In this document: positions 36,666-47,245 of the stretch, piece after piece
Position numbering within the stretch: the first letter of the stretch is position 1
Layout of the letters: every line of letters starts with the position of its first letter
Origin: a bacterium
Lineage (GTDB): Bacteria; Patescibacteriota; Minisyncoccia; Moranbacterales; UBA2206
DNA: 64,000 nucleotides
NCBI GenBank assembly: GCA_043725085.1
Contig: JAYSLY010000007.1
Coordinates: 1,471 to 65,470 of the forward strand
Direction: 5' to 3'
Position numbers and translations under genes: made by a program
Notes under the pieces: generated by a model
Databases searched by the model: none
What the model was told of the DNA's origin: nothing
What the model saw: the letters and a program-made list of their open reading frames with translations, nothing else

Positions 36666-37826
36666 CTAATTCTTTATTGGCATAATAATATAGGTAAAAT
36701 CAGCCAAAACCTCTTTTGTGCCCTCAGAAAATTCGCGAATTGCCACTGGAGAGGAATCACTATTGGCCAGCAATGCTAATTTATTTGTCGTCACCACATT
36801 AATCCCGTCCACTAAATATTTCAAGTTAAAAACAATTTCTTGAGACTCACCTTGAACCTCAAAATTGATTTGTGTGGAGTTTTCACCCACCTCTGCACTC
36901 TTAGTGTCAACCAAGATATTTTTTCCTTCTGCGTCAATTTTTAAAACAACTTCGCTGGATTTATTATTCACAAAAACCCCGGCAATTTTTAGAGCATTTT
37001 GCAGGACTTTTCTATCCCCAATAATAGTTGTTTTATAACTCTCCGGCATAATGTGTTTATATTCCGGATATTTCCCATTAATAAGCCGTGAAACTATTTT
37101 TATTCCATCCAACTCAAAAAAAATCTGACCCTCTTCAATAAATACTTTCACCGTATTATCTTCTGAATTATTAGAAATAATGCGATTTAACTCAGAAAGT
37201 GTGCTGATTGGCACGATAATATTTTTAGTTTTTTCCCTAAACTCCAAATATTTTTCACTATTCACCTCATTTTCCCCTATTTTTAAAATATATTCAGAAA
37301 GTCTAAAACCATCTGTCGCCGCAAAAAATAACTCCTTTTCTCCAAAAACAATATTCATTCCGGTCAATTCTTGTCTTGCTTCATTATGCGCAACAGCAAT
37401 AAGAATTTTAGAGAAAATATCTTTCAACTTACTAATTCCAATATTTAGGATAAATTCAGTGTTTTTTTGTGGAATTAAAGGAAAATCTTCCGCAGAAAAA
37501 CCCTTAATCATCGCTTTTGTAGAGCCATTTTTTATCTTTAGGTTTTGATCTATTACCTCAATATCCATATTTTCCCCTTCAGTTAAATTAGCAGAGAAAC
37601 TACTTAAAAGCCTCGCAGGAATCGTAATTCTCCCCTCCTCTTCCACTTTCGCGCCAATTTTCACTTCAATTCCAATTTCCAAGTTTGTGGCAGATATTTT
37701 CAAATAACCCTTATTCGCTTCTAAGAGGATGTTGTTTAAAATTGGCAATGTATTTTGCTTAGAAACAATTCTTTCTGAATTGATAATCGCTTTTTTAAAG
37801 TTATCCTGAGTGCAAATTAATTTCAT
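36666..37826 (-). CDS. dnaN: DNA polymerase III beta clamp
   Basis: LPILNNILL, ATNLEIGI, ATDGFRL, SRLINGKYPEY, IMPIK. Confidence 0.97.
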   Translation of the reverse strand: MKLICTQDNFKKAIINSERIVSKQNTLPILNNILLEANKGYLKISATNLEIGIEVKIGAKVEEEGRITIPARLLSSFSANLTEGENMDIEVIDQNLKIKNGSTKAMIKGFSAEDFPLIPQKNTEFILNIGISKLKDIFSKILIAVAHNEARQELTGMNIVFGEKELFFAATDGFRLSEYILKIGENEVNSEKYLEFREKTKNIIVPISTLSELNRIISNNSEDNTVKVFIEEGQIFFELDGIKIVSRLINGKYPEYKHIMPESYKTTIIGDRKVLQNALKIAGVFVNNKSSEVVLKIDAEGKNILVDTKSAEVGENSTQINFEVQGESQEIVFNLKYLVDGINVVTTNKLALLANSDSSPVAIREFSEGTKEVLADFTYIIMPIKN

Positions 37827-38104
37827 AGTATTATTATTTTATTAATTAATTATAAAGAAACTTATTACTATTATTATAAATTAAACTTTTGTGGATAATT
37901 GAGATATAGAGCTAAGATGAGGGATAAATAGTGGAGATAATCTGTGGATAACCCTCATCTGAGTTGCTGGATAAACCATTAGTGTTATTGGGTTGGTGAG
38001 GAAAAGCTTTTGGCTTACTAAGATAATAAACAGGAAAAACTTATAATTAAGCAGGGTTTTTAGCCTCTTTACAACACCTTATCCACAACTTATACGCATT
38101 TAAC
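37827..38104. other. Replication origin oriC (dnaA-dnaN intergenic)
   Basis: Perfect DnaA boxes TGTGGATAA at 37890 and 37943 and TTATCCACA at 38079, further degenerate boxes, and an AT-rich segment 37827-37889. The plus strand appears by eye to change from C-rich to G-rich here. Confidence 0.85.
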
Positions 38105-39490
38105 CTAATCTATCTTATATAATTGTTCGCGAATCTGGCTAATTTCTTCTGATAATTTCTCATCGCTCATAAGACTTTTGGAAATTTTTTCAAAAGCATG
38201 GATGGCGGTGGTGTGATCGCGACCACCTAATTTCTCTCCTATTCCAGGGTAAGAAAATTGAAGCTCGCTGCGCATAAGGTACATAGCAACTTGTCGAGGC
38301 CGTACAACTTCTTTTTTGCGATTTTTTAGAACTAAATCCTCGAGGGTGATGTCATAGAATGAAGAAATAGCTTTTAATATTTGCTTGTACGTGATACCTT
38401 TCTTTTTTCCGCTGGAAATTAATTCAGAGAGTTGGTTTCTAGTAAAATCAAGCGTAATCTCCTTTTTAGTGAGTTGGGCTGAAACAATTAGTCGGTTAAG
38501 CGCACCTTCTAGTTCGCGAATATTGTTTTTGATGTTTGCGGCAATAAAATTAAGCGCTTCTTGGCTGATTTCCAGATTTTCATCGGCGACTTTCTTTTGG
38601 AGGATGGCAATTCTTGTTTCAAGATCGGGTTTAGAAACATCAGCAATCATCCCACCCTCAAAACGTGAGCGCAATCTTTCTTCAAGGATTTGGATTGCTT
38701 TTGGCGGGCGATCACTACTAAGCACGATTTGTTTATTGAGTTGATAGAGGTAGTTGAAAATATGGAAAAATTCTTCTTGGGTTTTTTCTTTGCCGGAAAT
38801 AAACTGGATATCATCGATAATTAGGATGTCAATTTTTTGATAGTATTCCTTAAATTCATTGATTTTTTGTTCCTGGAGGGAGTTGATTAGCTCCGTGGTA
38901 AACCTTTCTGAGGTGATGTATTTTACCTTGTAATTAGGATCTTTGCGCAAGATTTCATTGCCAATAGATTGGATTAGGTGGGTTTTCCCAAGACCAACTC
39001 CACCATAAATGAAGAGGGGGTTGTAGATTTTACCTAAATTTTGAGAAACAGCCACGCAGGCCGCATGAGCAAGCTCATTATTTCCACCAACAATGAAATT
39101 TTCAAAAACGTATTTGGGGTTAAGATTATTTTCGAGGTTTACTGTGAAAGTTTTCCTTTCTTGGTTTTTTGGATTATTATAATTTTGCGGGGCAACAATT
39201 GCGTCTACCATCGGCTCTCTCCTCAACGGCCTAAGTGGTTCTTTTGGCGTGGCAATCACACAAGAAACTGTTTTTATATTCGAATCAATGTTTTTAAGTG
39301 CTTTTAGGATATAGGCGTTGTATTTGTTTTCCAGCCATTCTTTAGCAAAGCCATTGGGCACACTAATAATAATAACCCCGTCAATATTAGAAATAATCTC
39401 GGTATTTTTAAACCAAGTGATAAAATTCGCCTTAGAAATGAAAAGCTCTATTTCACTGAGGGCTGTTTGCCAAAGTTCTTCGCTCTGCAT
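38105..39490 (-). CDS. dnaA: Chromosomal replication initiator DnaA
   Basis: YNPLFIYGGVGLGKTHL, IDDIQF, RSRFEGG, NIRELEGAL, RDHTT. Confidence 0.98.
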   Translation of the reverse strand: MQSEELWQTALSEIELFISKANFITWFKNTEIISNIDGVIIISVPNGFAKEWLENKYNAYILKALKNIDSNIKTVSCVIATPKEPLRPLRREPMVDAIVAPQNYNNPKNQERKTFTVNLENNLNPKYVFENFIVGGNNELAHAACVAVSQNLGKIYNPLFIYGGVGLGKTHLIQSIGNEILRKDPNYKVKYITSERFTTELINSLQEQKINEFKEYYQKIDILIIDDIQFISGKEKTQEEFFHIFNYLYQLNKQIVLSSDRPPKAIQILEERLRSRFEGGMIADVSKPDLETRIAILQKKVADENLEISQEALNFIAANIKNNIRELEGALNRLIVSAQLTKKEITLDFTRNQLSELISSGKKKGITYKQILKAISSFYDITLEDLVLKNRKKEVVRPRQVAMYLMRSELQFSYPGIGEKLGGRDHTTAIHAFEKISKSLMSDEKLSEEISQIREQLYKID

Positions 39491-39850
39491 TTTTTTAATA
39501 ATAAAAAAGGGTTAATAAGAGATTATTTTCTTAAAATAATCTAAAAACAATTTTTTGTTTTTGTATATTGAGAAAAGTATAGCACGGGAGAAGGCGGCGG
39601 AACATTGCAAAAAAGAGAGTAACTTGTTGATAAACTGTGAATATGCTTTAAAGCTAATACAAAAACCCTAAAAAAGCAAGTGCTGGGCGCGGTGTGTTTG
39701 GGCAAAAGTGAGCAATGAGGGACTTGTATTTCGGGTTTTTTTGAGAGGCTTATGCGCAAGTCTTACAAAAAGGCTTTTTAATTGACTTTTTCTTGAATAA
39801 TTGATAAGCTTTCAATTGGTTAGTTATAAATAGTTTAACTTGCAAAATAA

Positions 39851-39988
39851 ATGAGCGTAACATATAAACCCAAGAGTATTAAAAGAAAAAGAAGCCACGG
39901 ATTTATTGAAAGAAACAGCACTGCTTCAGGCCGAAATGTGCTAAAAGCCAGAAGAAGAAAGGGTCGCGCTAAGTTGACAACTGTTTAA
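39851..39988 (+). CDS. rpmH: 50S ribosomal protein L34 (not in the ORF track)
   Basis: [45 protein letters not shown]; divergent from dnaA, upstream of rnpA. Confidence 0.95.
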   Translation: MSVTYKPKSIKRKRSHGFIERNSTASGRNVLKARRRKGRAKLTTV

Positions 39989-40011
39989 GTTTTAATCTTT
40001 CAAAACTGACA

Positions 40012-40374
40012 ATGTTGCCAAAAAAGAACAGGATTAGAAAAAATGCTGATTTTGGGGTAATTTGTCGCTATGGCAAGACACTTTCTTGTGGTAAAATTAG
40101 TTTGAAGCTTAAAAAGAATGATTTGGGCCTAATAAGGCTTGGGATATCGGTGGGTGTGAAGTTTTCCCCTCGGGCAGTGGATCGGAATCGAATAAAGCGC
40201 CAAATCAGAGAGTTTTTTCGCCTAAACCTGGAAAGAATGGAAACGGGCTGGGATATTGTGGTGATTGTGCAAAAAGGTGCGAATGAAGCGGGAAATTTTC
40301 TAGTAGAATTAGAAAAGGGTCTCGCAAGAAGCGGTGTAATTAACAACTTATCCCCAACTGCAAAAAACAGCTAG
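40012..40374 (+). CDS. rnpA: RNase P protein component
   Basis: RLGISVGVK..AVDRNRIKRQIRE (RNR motif); conserved gene order. Confidence 0.93.
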   Translation: MLPKKNRIRKNADFGVICRYGKTLSCGKISLKLKKNDLGLIRLGISVGVKFSPRAVDRNRIKRQIREFFRLNLERMETGWDIVVIVQKGANEAGNFLVELEKGLARSGVINNLSPTAKNS

Positions 40375-40385
40375 GGCAAACAAAA

Positions 40386-41183
40386 ATGGCATTTTTATTC
40401 AATGAATTTGTGTATCAGCCAATTTATAATTTGCTGATTTTTACCTACAACATTATTCCCTTGCATGATTTTGGTATAGCGATTATTCTGGTTACTGTGC
40501 TGATAAAACTGCTTCTCATTCCGCTTAGCCGCAAACAAATTGAATCACAAAAGAAAATGCAGGAATTGCAGCCAAAAATAAAGGCAATTCAGGATAAATA
40601 TAAAAACGACAAAGAAAAACAGAGCCGAGCGCTCATGGAGTTTTATAAGGAAAATAAGGCCAATCCTTTCTCGGGATGTCTGCCAATGGTTTTCCAATTA
40701 ATTTTTTTGATTGCAATCTATCGGGTACTCTTTAATATTTCCAAAAACGGTCTCATAGTGAGTGGTAGTGATTTATATTTATTCATGCATAATCCCGGCC
40801 AAATTAACCACCTTTTTTTGGGACTGATTGATCTTTCGAGTATCGTAGATTTTAAAAATTTTAGCGCGGGAAATATCGCGCATATCGTCCTTGTGGTGAT
40901 GGCCGCCGGAGCGCAGTATGTTCAAACAAAGATGCTTATGGCGACGAAAAGCCGCAAAGATGGGGAAGCTAAGTCAAGCAAGGAAGGAAAAGAACAAGAT
41001 TTTGCACAAATTATGTCAAAGCAAATGCTCTATCTTGCGCCCATTATGACACTATTTATTGGAATTAAGTTTCCTGCCGGACTCGCGCTCTATTGGTTGG
41101 TTTCGACTCTGTTTATGATTGCGCAGCAAGACTATCTGGAAAAGCTGAAAAACACTACTGTTGTTACAGTGCCTAAATTGTAA
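40386..41183 (+). CDS. yidC: Membrane protein insertase YidC/Oxa1
   Basis: FGIAIILVT, LQPKIKAIQDKYK, NPFSGCLP, PAGLALYW. Confidence 0.95.
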   Translation: MAFLFNEFVYQPIYNLLIFTYNIIPLHDFGIAIILVTVLIKLLLIPLSRKQIESQKKMQELQPKIKAIQDKYKNDKEKQSRALMEFYKENKANPFSGCLPMVFQLIFLIAIYRVLFNISKNGLIVSGSDLYLFMHNPGQINHLFLGLIDLSSIVDFKNFSAGNIAHIVLVVMAAGAQYVQTKMLMATKSRKDGEAKSSKEGKEQDFAQIMSKQMLYLAPIMTLFIGIKFPAGLALYWLVSTLFMIAQQDYLEKLKNTTVVTVPKL

Positions 41184-41239
41184 ATTTTAAATAAAACCCG
41201 CGTGTTAGCGCTAGGCATAGAAAGTTAGTTAGCGGACAG

Positions 41240-41731
41240 ATGGGTGAATTAAATCAGATGGAAAGAGAAATGTTGGAAAAAGAAATTACAACAATCGTCG
41301 AAGAGTTGCTTGTGAAAATGGGCTTTGCTGCCACAATTGAAATTAAAGATGGCCAGGAAGAGGGCAAGGATGCGATTATTTATAATATTAAAACCGAGGA
41401 CTCTAATTTTTTAATCGGGCAATATGGAATGAATCTGCAATCATTGCAGCATATTGTACGGGTGATTATTCGAAAGCGCCTTCTTGAGCCGGTTAATTTT
41501 ATCCTGGATGTCAACTCCTATCGTCAAGAAAAAAATGATTCAATTGTGCGTTTGGCGAAAAACTTAGCTCAAGAGGCGGTTATGGAAAAGAGAGACGTTG
41601 TGATGCGACCAATGACTGCCTATGAACGGAGAATCGTGCACATGGAACTTTCCAAAGACGATCGTATTAAAACAGAAAGTATTGGCGAGGGCGAAAATCG
41701 CCGAATTATGATAAAGCCATTAGAGCAATAA
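41240..41731 (+). CDS. jag: Jag/KhpB (EloR)-like KH-R3H RNA-binding protein
   Basis: LIGQYGMNLQSLQ (KH), ERRIVHMEL (R3H), TESIGEG; follows yidC. Confidence 0.88.
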   Translation: MGELNQMEREMLEKEITTIVEELLVKMGFAATIEIKDGQEEGKDAIIYNIKTEDSNFLIGQYGMNLQSLQHIVRVIIRKRLLEPVNFILDVNSYRQEKNDSIVRLAKNLAQEAVMEKRDVVMRPMTAYERRIVHMELSKDDRIKTESIGEGENRRIMIKPLEQ

Positions 41732-41755
41732 TTTCAAATTTCAAATTTATTTCTT

Positions 41756-43207
41756 ATGGTTATTGCCAGAAAAATAGCCTACAACGTGCTTGTTAGCAGT
41801 ATTTCCAAGATACTTTCTACTGCGCTTGCACTTGCCGCAATTGGCTTTATCACCCGCTATTTAGGCAAGGGAGGTTTTGGTGATTATGCGACAGTTCTGG
41901 CTTTTCTTTCTTTTTTCTCTGCTGTTTCCGATTTTGGTCTTTATCAATTCTCAACGCGCGAGATTTCCCGTCCTGGGGCGGATGAAGAGGAAATCATGGC
42001 AAACGCCTTTTCAATGCGGATCATTTCCTCCCTGGCAATCTTTCTCCTTTCTTTCCTTATAATCATCTTTTTGCCCTATTCGCAGGAAGTGAAATATGGA
42101 ATCATAATTATTGCCGCGTCCCTCATCTTTTCTTCCAGTTATCAGATCCTAAACGGGGTTTTTCAAAAAAACCTTGCGATGGACAAAGTGGCCATTTCAG
42201 AGCTTTTGGGGAAAGTCGTTCAATTGGCAATTGTGATTCTAGCGGTCAAGTTGAGGCTAAGTTTTGCTTGGATTATTACCTCGTTGCTTTTTAATATGCT
42301 AGTTAGTTTTTTTCTGGTTTATTTTTGGTCTAAGAAATATATCAAGGTGCGACTAGCCTTTAATTTCTCCTATTGGAAAAAGTTCCTTTTAGAATCCTAT
42401 CCGATTGGAATTATGTCGATTGTGGTTTTTGTTTATTTCAAGGTTGATACAATCCTTTTGTCTATTATGAAAAGCAATGCTGATGTGGGGATTTATAATG
42501 TTGCCTATAAGGTGTTGGAAAACATTTCCTTTTTCCCTTCTATGATTGTGGGGCTAATCTTTCCGATTATTTCACAACATATTTTTAGCGATGAAAAACG
42601 GTTTTTTGATATTTCCAATAAAACTTTCAAGGTTTTTGTGCTTCTTGCGGTGCCGCTTGTTGTTGGCACACTTTTTCTTTCCAATGGCCTTATCTATCTG
42701 ATTGGTGGCGCGGGATTTGGCGAATCAGCTCTTGTTCTTCGCATTCTTGTTTTTGCAATGGCGGCGATATTTTTCAGTAATCTTTTTAATGCCATCTTGA
42801 TTGCAGGAAATTTGCAAAAAAAATTAATGTATGTGTTGTCGGCGGCGGCAATTTTTAATGTGCTGGCGAACTTGGCCCTAATCCCCCTCTTTTCCTATGT
42901 GGCAGCCGCGGCAACCTCATTTGTTACCGAGGCTTTTGTGGCAATCGCGGCGGGCTATCTCGTTTTCAAGCGATTAAACTATTTCCCGCGAGTGGAGAAG
43001 GTCACAAGGATTTTGCTTTCCGGAGTGGTGATGGCGGGATTTTTGTTTGTTTTTCGTGCGAGCAACTTCTATCTCTTAGGCTTTGGCAGCGTTTGTGTCT
43101 ATATTTTGGCGCTGTGGGCATTTCAAGCAGTGGAAGCCGCTGAAATAACCACTATAATTAGCAAAAAAGGCGTGGAAGAATATGAAAAGCCAATTTCCGA
43201 AAGTTAA
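41756..43207 (+). CDS. Wzx-type oligosaccharide flippase
   Basis: Multi-TM; ITRYLGKGGFGDY, DFGL, YFKVDTILLS, VGIYNVAYK. Confidence 0.9.
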   Translation: MVIARKIAYNVLVSSISKILSTALALAAIGFITRYLGKGGFGDYATVLAFLSFFSAVSDFGLYQFSTREISRPGADEEEIMANAFSMRIISSLAIFLLSFLIIIFLPYSQEVKYGIIIIAASLIFSSSYQILNGVFQKNLAMDKVAISELLGKVVQLAIVILAVKLRLSFAWIITSLLFNMLVSFFLVYFWSKKYIKVRLAFNFSYWKKFLLESYPIGIMSIVVFVYFKVDTILLSIMKSNADVGIYNVAYKVLENISFFPSMIVGLIFPIISQHIFSDEKRFFDISNKTFKVFVLLAVPLVVGTLFLSNGLIYLIGGAGFGESALVLRILVFAMAAIFFSNLFNAILIAGNLQKKLMYVLSAAAIFNVLANLALIPLFSYVAAAATSFVTEAFVAIAAGYLVFKRLNYFPRVEKVTRILLSGVVMAGFLFVFRASNFYLLGFGSVCVYILALWAFQAVEAAEITTIISKKGVEEYEKPISES

Positions 43208-44054
43208 TATTGTTGTTCTGAATTATAATGGTCGGGATTGTCTAAAAAAATGCCTAACCAGTCTTTTTTGTTTGGACTATCCTAACTTTGAGGTGGTTGT
43301 GGTGGATAATAATTCACAAGACGGCTCGCTTGAACTGGCAAAGCTTAATTTTTCTCGCGCCACTTTCATCAAAAATGAGCAAAACCTGGGATTTTCGGCG
43401 GGAAACAATGTGGGGATAAAATATTCCCTGGAAAAGATGGCGGATTTCGTGCTTCTCCTAAACAACGATACGGAGGTAGAAAAAGATTTTCTAAGCCAGC
43501 TCATTAGGAGCGCGCAAGCGAATGAGCGGGTGGGGATTTTGAGCCCGCTGGTTTTTGGGGGTAATGGGAAGCACGTTTGGTTTTCTGGCGGAAAAATTGA
43601 TTGGTTGCGCATGAAAACCGAACATACGCAAAAACTGATCGAAAGTGATTTTGCGGAGAGTGATTTTATTTCTGGTTGCGCGATGCTAGTGCGCGCGGAA
43701 GTGTTTGCCAAGGCGGGTCTCTTGGATGAAGACTTTTTTCTATATTGGGAGGATGTGGATTTTAGTGTTAGGGCGAAAAAAGCCGGCTTCTCTCTTTTAG
43801 TTGTGGCTGGTTCTCACGTGCGCCACTTTGAAAAAAGTGAAAATATGCAGAAAAACAAGGTTTATTGGCTGGTGCTTTCCGGGCTGATTTTTTTTGATAA
43901 AAACGCTTCAGGAATGTGGCGCTGGTGGATTTTTGCCTTTGTGCTTTTGCGTAAGCTAAAAAATTGGAGAGATGTCCGAACAAGAGGGACTGAAATAGAT
44001 TTGTCCGTAAAAAAAGCGTATGGTGATTTTAAAAAACTAAAATGCGAGAAATAA
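43182..44054 (+). CDS. GT2 glycosyltransferase
   Basis: VVLNYN, VVDNNSQDGS, NLGFSAGNN, LLNNDT, FLYWEDVD. Confidence 0.93.
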   Translation: MKSQFPKVNIVVLNYNGRDCLKKCLTSLFCLDYPNFEVVVVDNNSQDGSLELAKLNFSRATFIKNEQNLGFSAGNNVGIKYSLEKMADFVLLLNNDTEVEKDFLSQLIRSAQANERVGILSPLVFGGNGKHVWFSGGKIDWLRMKTEHTQKLIESDFAESDFISGCAMLVRAEVFAKAGLLDEDFFLYWEDVDFSVRAKKAGFSLLVVAGSHVRHFEKSENMQKNKVYWLVLSGLIFFDKNASGMWRWWIFAFVLLRKLKNWRDVRTRGTEIDLSVKKAYGDFKKLKCEK

Positions 44055-44830
44055 AGCTTTCGATAATTATTGTAAATTATGAAAGCCGAGATTATTTGGA
44101 AAAATGCTTGGCTTCTATTTTCGCGAAAATTGACCCTAGTGTACCGTTTGAGGTGATTGTAGTCAATAACAGTGCGAAAGAAACATTGAATGGGCTAGTG
44201 AGTCTTTTTGAAGGAATAAAGATTGTTCAAAACCCGCGCAACAGTGGTTTTGGCAGCGCGAATAACATGGGCGCAAAAGTGGCCAGTGGCGAGATTCTTT
44301 TTTTTCTCAACCCTGACACGGAAATTATTTCTCAAAACATCACTCAGGTGCTTAGGGAGTTTGAAAATAATCCAACCTTAGGAATTTTGGGTAGCAGGCT
44401 TATGGAGTCAAGCGAAAAGGTTCAAAAATGGAGCGCTGGAGAGCGAATTTCTCTTTGGAGCATTTTGAGAAATAATATGCGAAAAACCAAAGAGGAAAAA
44501 TCTTGGCAAAGTCTGGCAAGGGCGGAGGTGTTTTGGGTGGCGGGAACGGCCTTGTTTATTCGTCGAGCACTATTTTCGCGACTGAAGGGCTTTGATGAAA
44601 TTTTTTTTACTTATTTTGAAGATGTGGATCTTTGCAATCGCGCACACACGCTTAGCCAAAAAGTGGTCTATTTTCCCGAATTTTCTGTTTTGCATCATGG
44701 TGGGAGGAGTTTTCTGGAAAAAAAAGAACAAAAGAAAAGATATTATGCGTCCCAAGACTATTATTTTGAGAAACATTTTAATTGTTTTTGGGCAACAGCT
44801 TTAAAAATATTGCGATTTTTTAGTTTTTAA
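44042..44830 (+). CDS. GT2 glycosyltransferase (WbbL-like)
   Basis: IIIVNYES, NSGFGSANN, FLNPDT, GFDEIFFTYFEDVDLC. Confidence 0.92.
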   Translation: MREIKLSIIIVNYESRDYLEKCLASIFAKIDPSVPFEVIVVNNSAKETLNGLVSLFEGIKIVQNPRNSGFGSANNMGAKVASGEILFFLNPDTEIISQNITQVLREFENNPTLGILGSRLMESSEKVQKWSAGERISLWSILRNNMRKTKEEKSWQSLARAEVFWVAGTALFIRRALFSRLKGFDEIFFTYFEDVDLCNRAHTLSQKVVYFPEFSVLHHGGRSFLEKKEQKKRYYASQDYYFEKHFNCFWATALKILRFFSF

Positions 44831-44833
44831 TAA

Positions 44834-46081
44834 ATGTTATTCAAGTTAATTTTAATTTTTTGTGCCTATCTGCCTTTTCAGATTGCACTTAACCCAGGTG
44901 CGGGAGTAGATTTGGCGAGCTCGCGGGTTTTTATCCTGCTTGCATTTTTTGCGTGGTTAGTGGGTAGTTTGAAAAGGAAAAAGCTAAGTATCCAAAATAG
45001 CAGAACGAATTTTTTTCTGGCGAGTTTTCTTTTTTTGAGTCTTTTCTCTGTGGTGGTTTCCAAAAACAGTGATTGGTCGATAAGAAAACTGTTATTTTTA
45101 TTTTCTGTTTTTCCGCTATATTTCGTGATAGCGGATCTTGTTTCTACGAAAGAAAGAATGTTGAAATTGGTTAAGTATTTGGTTTGGGGCGGGTTTTTTG
45201 TGGCGGCTCTTGGCATAGTTCAATTTGCCTCTCAGTTTATTTTTGGTCTTGAGAGGACATATCAATTTTGGGCCAATTATGTTTCTCCGCTTTTCTTGGG
45301 CCAAAATGTGACCCAAGCCGTGCTTAAAAACCCCAGCTGGCTTGTTAATATTTCCGGATCAACATATCTTCGCTCTATTGCGACATTTCCTGACCCGCAT
45401 ATGCTATCGTTTTTTTTGGGTATGCTTTTGCCGTTTGCCTTGGGATTGTTCCTTGTCTCAAAAAAGAAAATCTACCTATTTGTGTCTTTTGTGATATTAT
45501 TGGCGGATTTGCTGACTTTTTCACGTGGGGGATATTTAGGATTGTTTTCCGGTGGACTGGTCGCGCTAATATTACTTTTAGGTAAAATGAAAAAAAGGCA
45601 TAAGCTGGGCGTGGTTGCCTTTGCTTTTGTTTTGACCGGACTTTTGTTGGTTCCTGGGCCAATCTCTCAGCGGTTTTTCTCTAGCTTTAATTGGAAAGAG
45701 GGCTCTAATCAAGGCCGAATTGAAACTTGGAAAAAAGCCAGTGAAGTTATTTTGAAGCATCCATTGCTCGGAGTCGGTATTGGCAACTACCCGCTTGAAA
45801 TTAGCGCAACAGCAGATTATCGTGATCCAATTTATGCGCATAGTAATTATTTGGACATTGCGGCGGAAACTGGTATTCTCAGTCTTTTGGCTTGGTTAGG
45901 TTTTTTGGGCTCTCTGTTTTTCACGTTTATCAAAAGAAAGGATTTTATGTTTTTTTGTGCCGCGATAAGCATCGTTATCTTTTCTGCTCATTCCTTGGTG
46001 GAAACATCGATTTATTCTCCGGTAGTTTTGGCGCTATTTCTAATCATTGCCGGATTTGTTCGTTTGGCGAAAAACAGATGA
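44834..46081 (+). CDS. O-antigen ligase / O-oligosaccharyltransferase-like protein
   Basis: Multi-TM; TFSRGGY, R..TW, HPLLGVGIGNY, YAHSNYLDIAAETG. Confidence 0.88.
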   Translation: MLFKLILIFCAYLPFQIALNPGAGVDLASSRVFILLAFFAWLVGSLKRKKLSIQNSRTNFFLASFLFLSLFSVVVSKNSDWSIRKLLFLFSVFPLYFVIADLVSTKERMLKLVKYLVWGGFFVAALGIVQFASQFIFGLERTYQFWANYVSPLFLGQNVTQAVLKNPSWLVNISGSTYLRSIATFPDPHMLSFFLGMLLPFALGLFLVSKKKIYLFVSFVILLADLLTFSRGGYLGLFSGGLVALILLLGKMKKRHKLGVVAFAFVLTGLLLVPGPISQRFFSSFNWKEGSNQGRIETWKKASEVILKHPLLGVGIGNYPLEISATADYRDPIYAHSNYLDIAAETGILSLLAWLGFLGSLFFTFIKRKDFMFFCAAISIVIFSAHSLVETSIYSPVVLALFLIIAGFVRLAKNR

Positions 46082-47223
46082 AAAAAATATTTAGACTGGA
46101 AAACTTAATCTATCTGACTATTTTTGCACTGCCAGTGTATCTTTGGCGGTTTAGTTTTTTCAACATGCTGGATATTTTGCTGGGCGGGTGTATTATTGGC
46201 GGACTACTCATTTATCATAAAAAATTTTCCCCTAAGACATTTTTTGATAAATATAGGGCGATCATTTTTTCTGCCGGGCTTATTCTTGCGGGTTTGGTTA
46301 TTTCGGTTCTTTGGAATAAGAATTATGCGGTAGGTTTCGGGATAGTTAAAAGCTGGTTTCTATTGCCAGTCCTTTTTTCTATGGTTGTTGGCGGTGTGAT
46401 TGAAAAAGAGAGGCTTAGGAATATTTTTTTCGCCTACTATTTGAGCGCTTTTTTGGTGGCATTGATTTCTTTGGCCTATTATTTTTCAGGAATGGTGACT
46501 TTCGATTTGCGGCTTCAAGGTTTTTTCAATTCGCCAAACTATTTGGCAATGTATTTGGCGCCGGCAATTTTTATCGGCTGGTCTTTGTTTCAAGAGACTG
46601 CGTTAAAAAGAAAACCACTATTTGTTTTTTTGGCGCTAGTGATTTTTCTTGCGCTTTATCTGACCCGTTCTTATGCCACTTGGCTGGCTCTTTTTGGCGC
46701 GCTTGTTTTTGTTTTCGTGTTGGAAAAAAAGCTGAATTGGAAAAAAGCGCTCGCTACGTTGCTTTTTTTGTGCGCACTGTTTTTTTCGCAGATGGGGGAA
46801 AAGAAATTAACTGATCTTTTAAGTTTTAATGAACGCTCTTCCTTGGAATCTCGCATAATGATTTGGCGTTCAGCGGAAAAGATGCTGGAGAATAGCTGGC
46901 TTTTGGGAATTGGCGCTGGTAATTTTCAAACAAAATATTTGGAAAATCAGAAATATTTTTCGCCATATCTAGAGTGGGCTGTTGCGCATCCGCACAATCT
47001 CTATCTGACTTTTTGGCTTTATGGAGGAATTTTTGGTGCGGCTGGCTTTTTTGCGCTTATCTATTTTTGGTTTTTGGGCATTTTGCGCACACAAAAAAAT
47101 TCCCAACTCAGATTCATCGGGCTGGGAATTATGGGCTATATCTTGCTTTGTGGACTAGTAGACACAACTTATTTCAAAAACGATTTGGCAGTCGTGTTTT
47201 GGCTCTTATTTGTACTTCTTTAA
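46078..47223 (+). CDS. Second O-antigen ligase-like protein
   Basis: ATGA-coupled start at 46078; RLQGFFNSPNYLA, SRIMIW, GIGAGNF, HPHNLYL. Confidence 0.88.
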   Translation: MKKIFRLENLIYLTIFALPVYLWRFSFFNMLDILLGGCIIGGLLIYHKKFSPKTFFDKYRAIIFSAGLILAGLVISVLWNKNYAVGFGIVKSWFLLPVLFSMVVGGVIEKERLRNIFFAYYLSAFLVALISLAYYFSGMVTFDLRLQGFFNSPNYLAMYLAPAIFIGWSLFQETALKRKPLFVFLALVIFLALYLTRSYATWLALFGALVFVFVLEKKLNWKKALATLLFLCALFFSQMGEKKLTDLLSFNERSSLESRIMIWRSAEKMLENSWLLGIGAGNFQTKYLENQKYFSPYLEWAVAHPHNLYLTFWLYGGIFGAAGFFALIYFWFLGILRTQKNSQLRFIGLGIMGYILLCGLVDTTYFKNDLAVVFWLLFVLL

Positions 47224-47245
47224 AAGATCCCGGGAGTGATTAGGC

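Noticed and set aside
37860-37890. DnaA-trio repeats at oriC
   Set aside because: TAA/TAG triplets are present, but their polarity relative to the box seems opposite to the Bacillus arrangement as I recall it, and the region is simply AT-rich.
45892-46077. N-terminal extension of the second ligase ORF given in the track
   Set aside because: It overlaps the preceding gene; the ATGA-coupled start at 46078 is more plausible.
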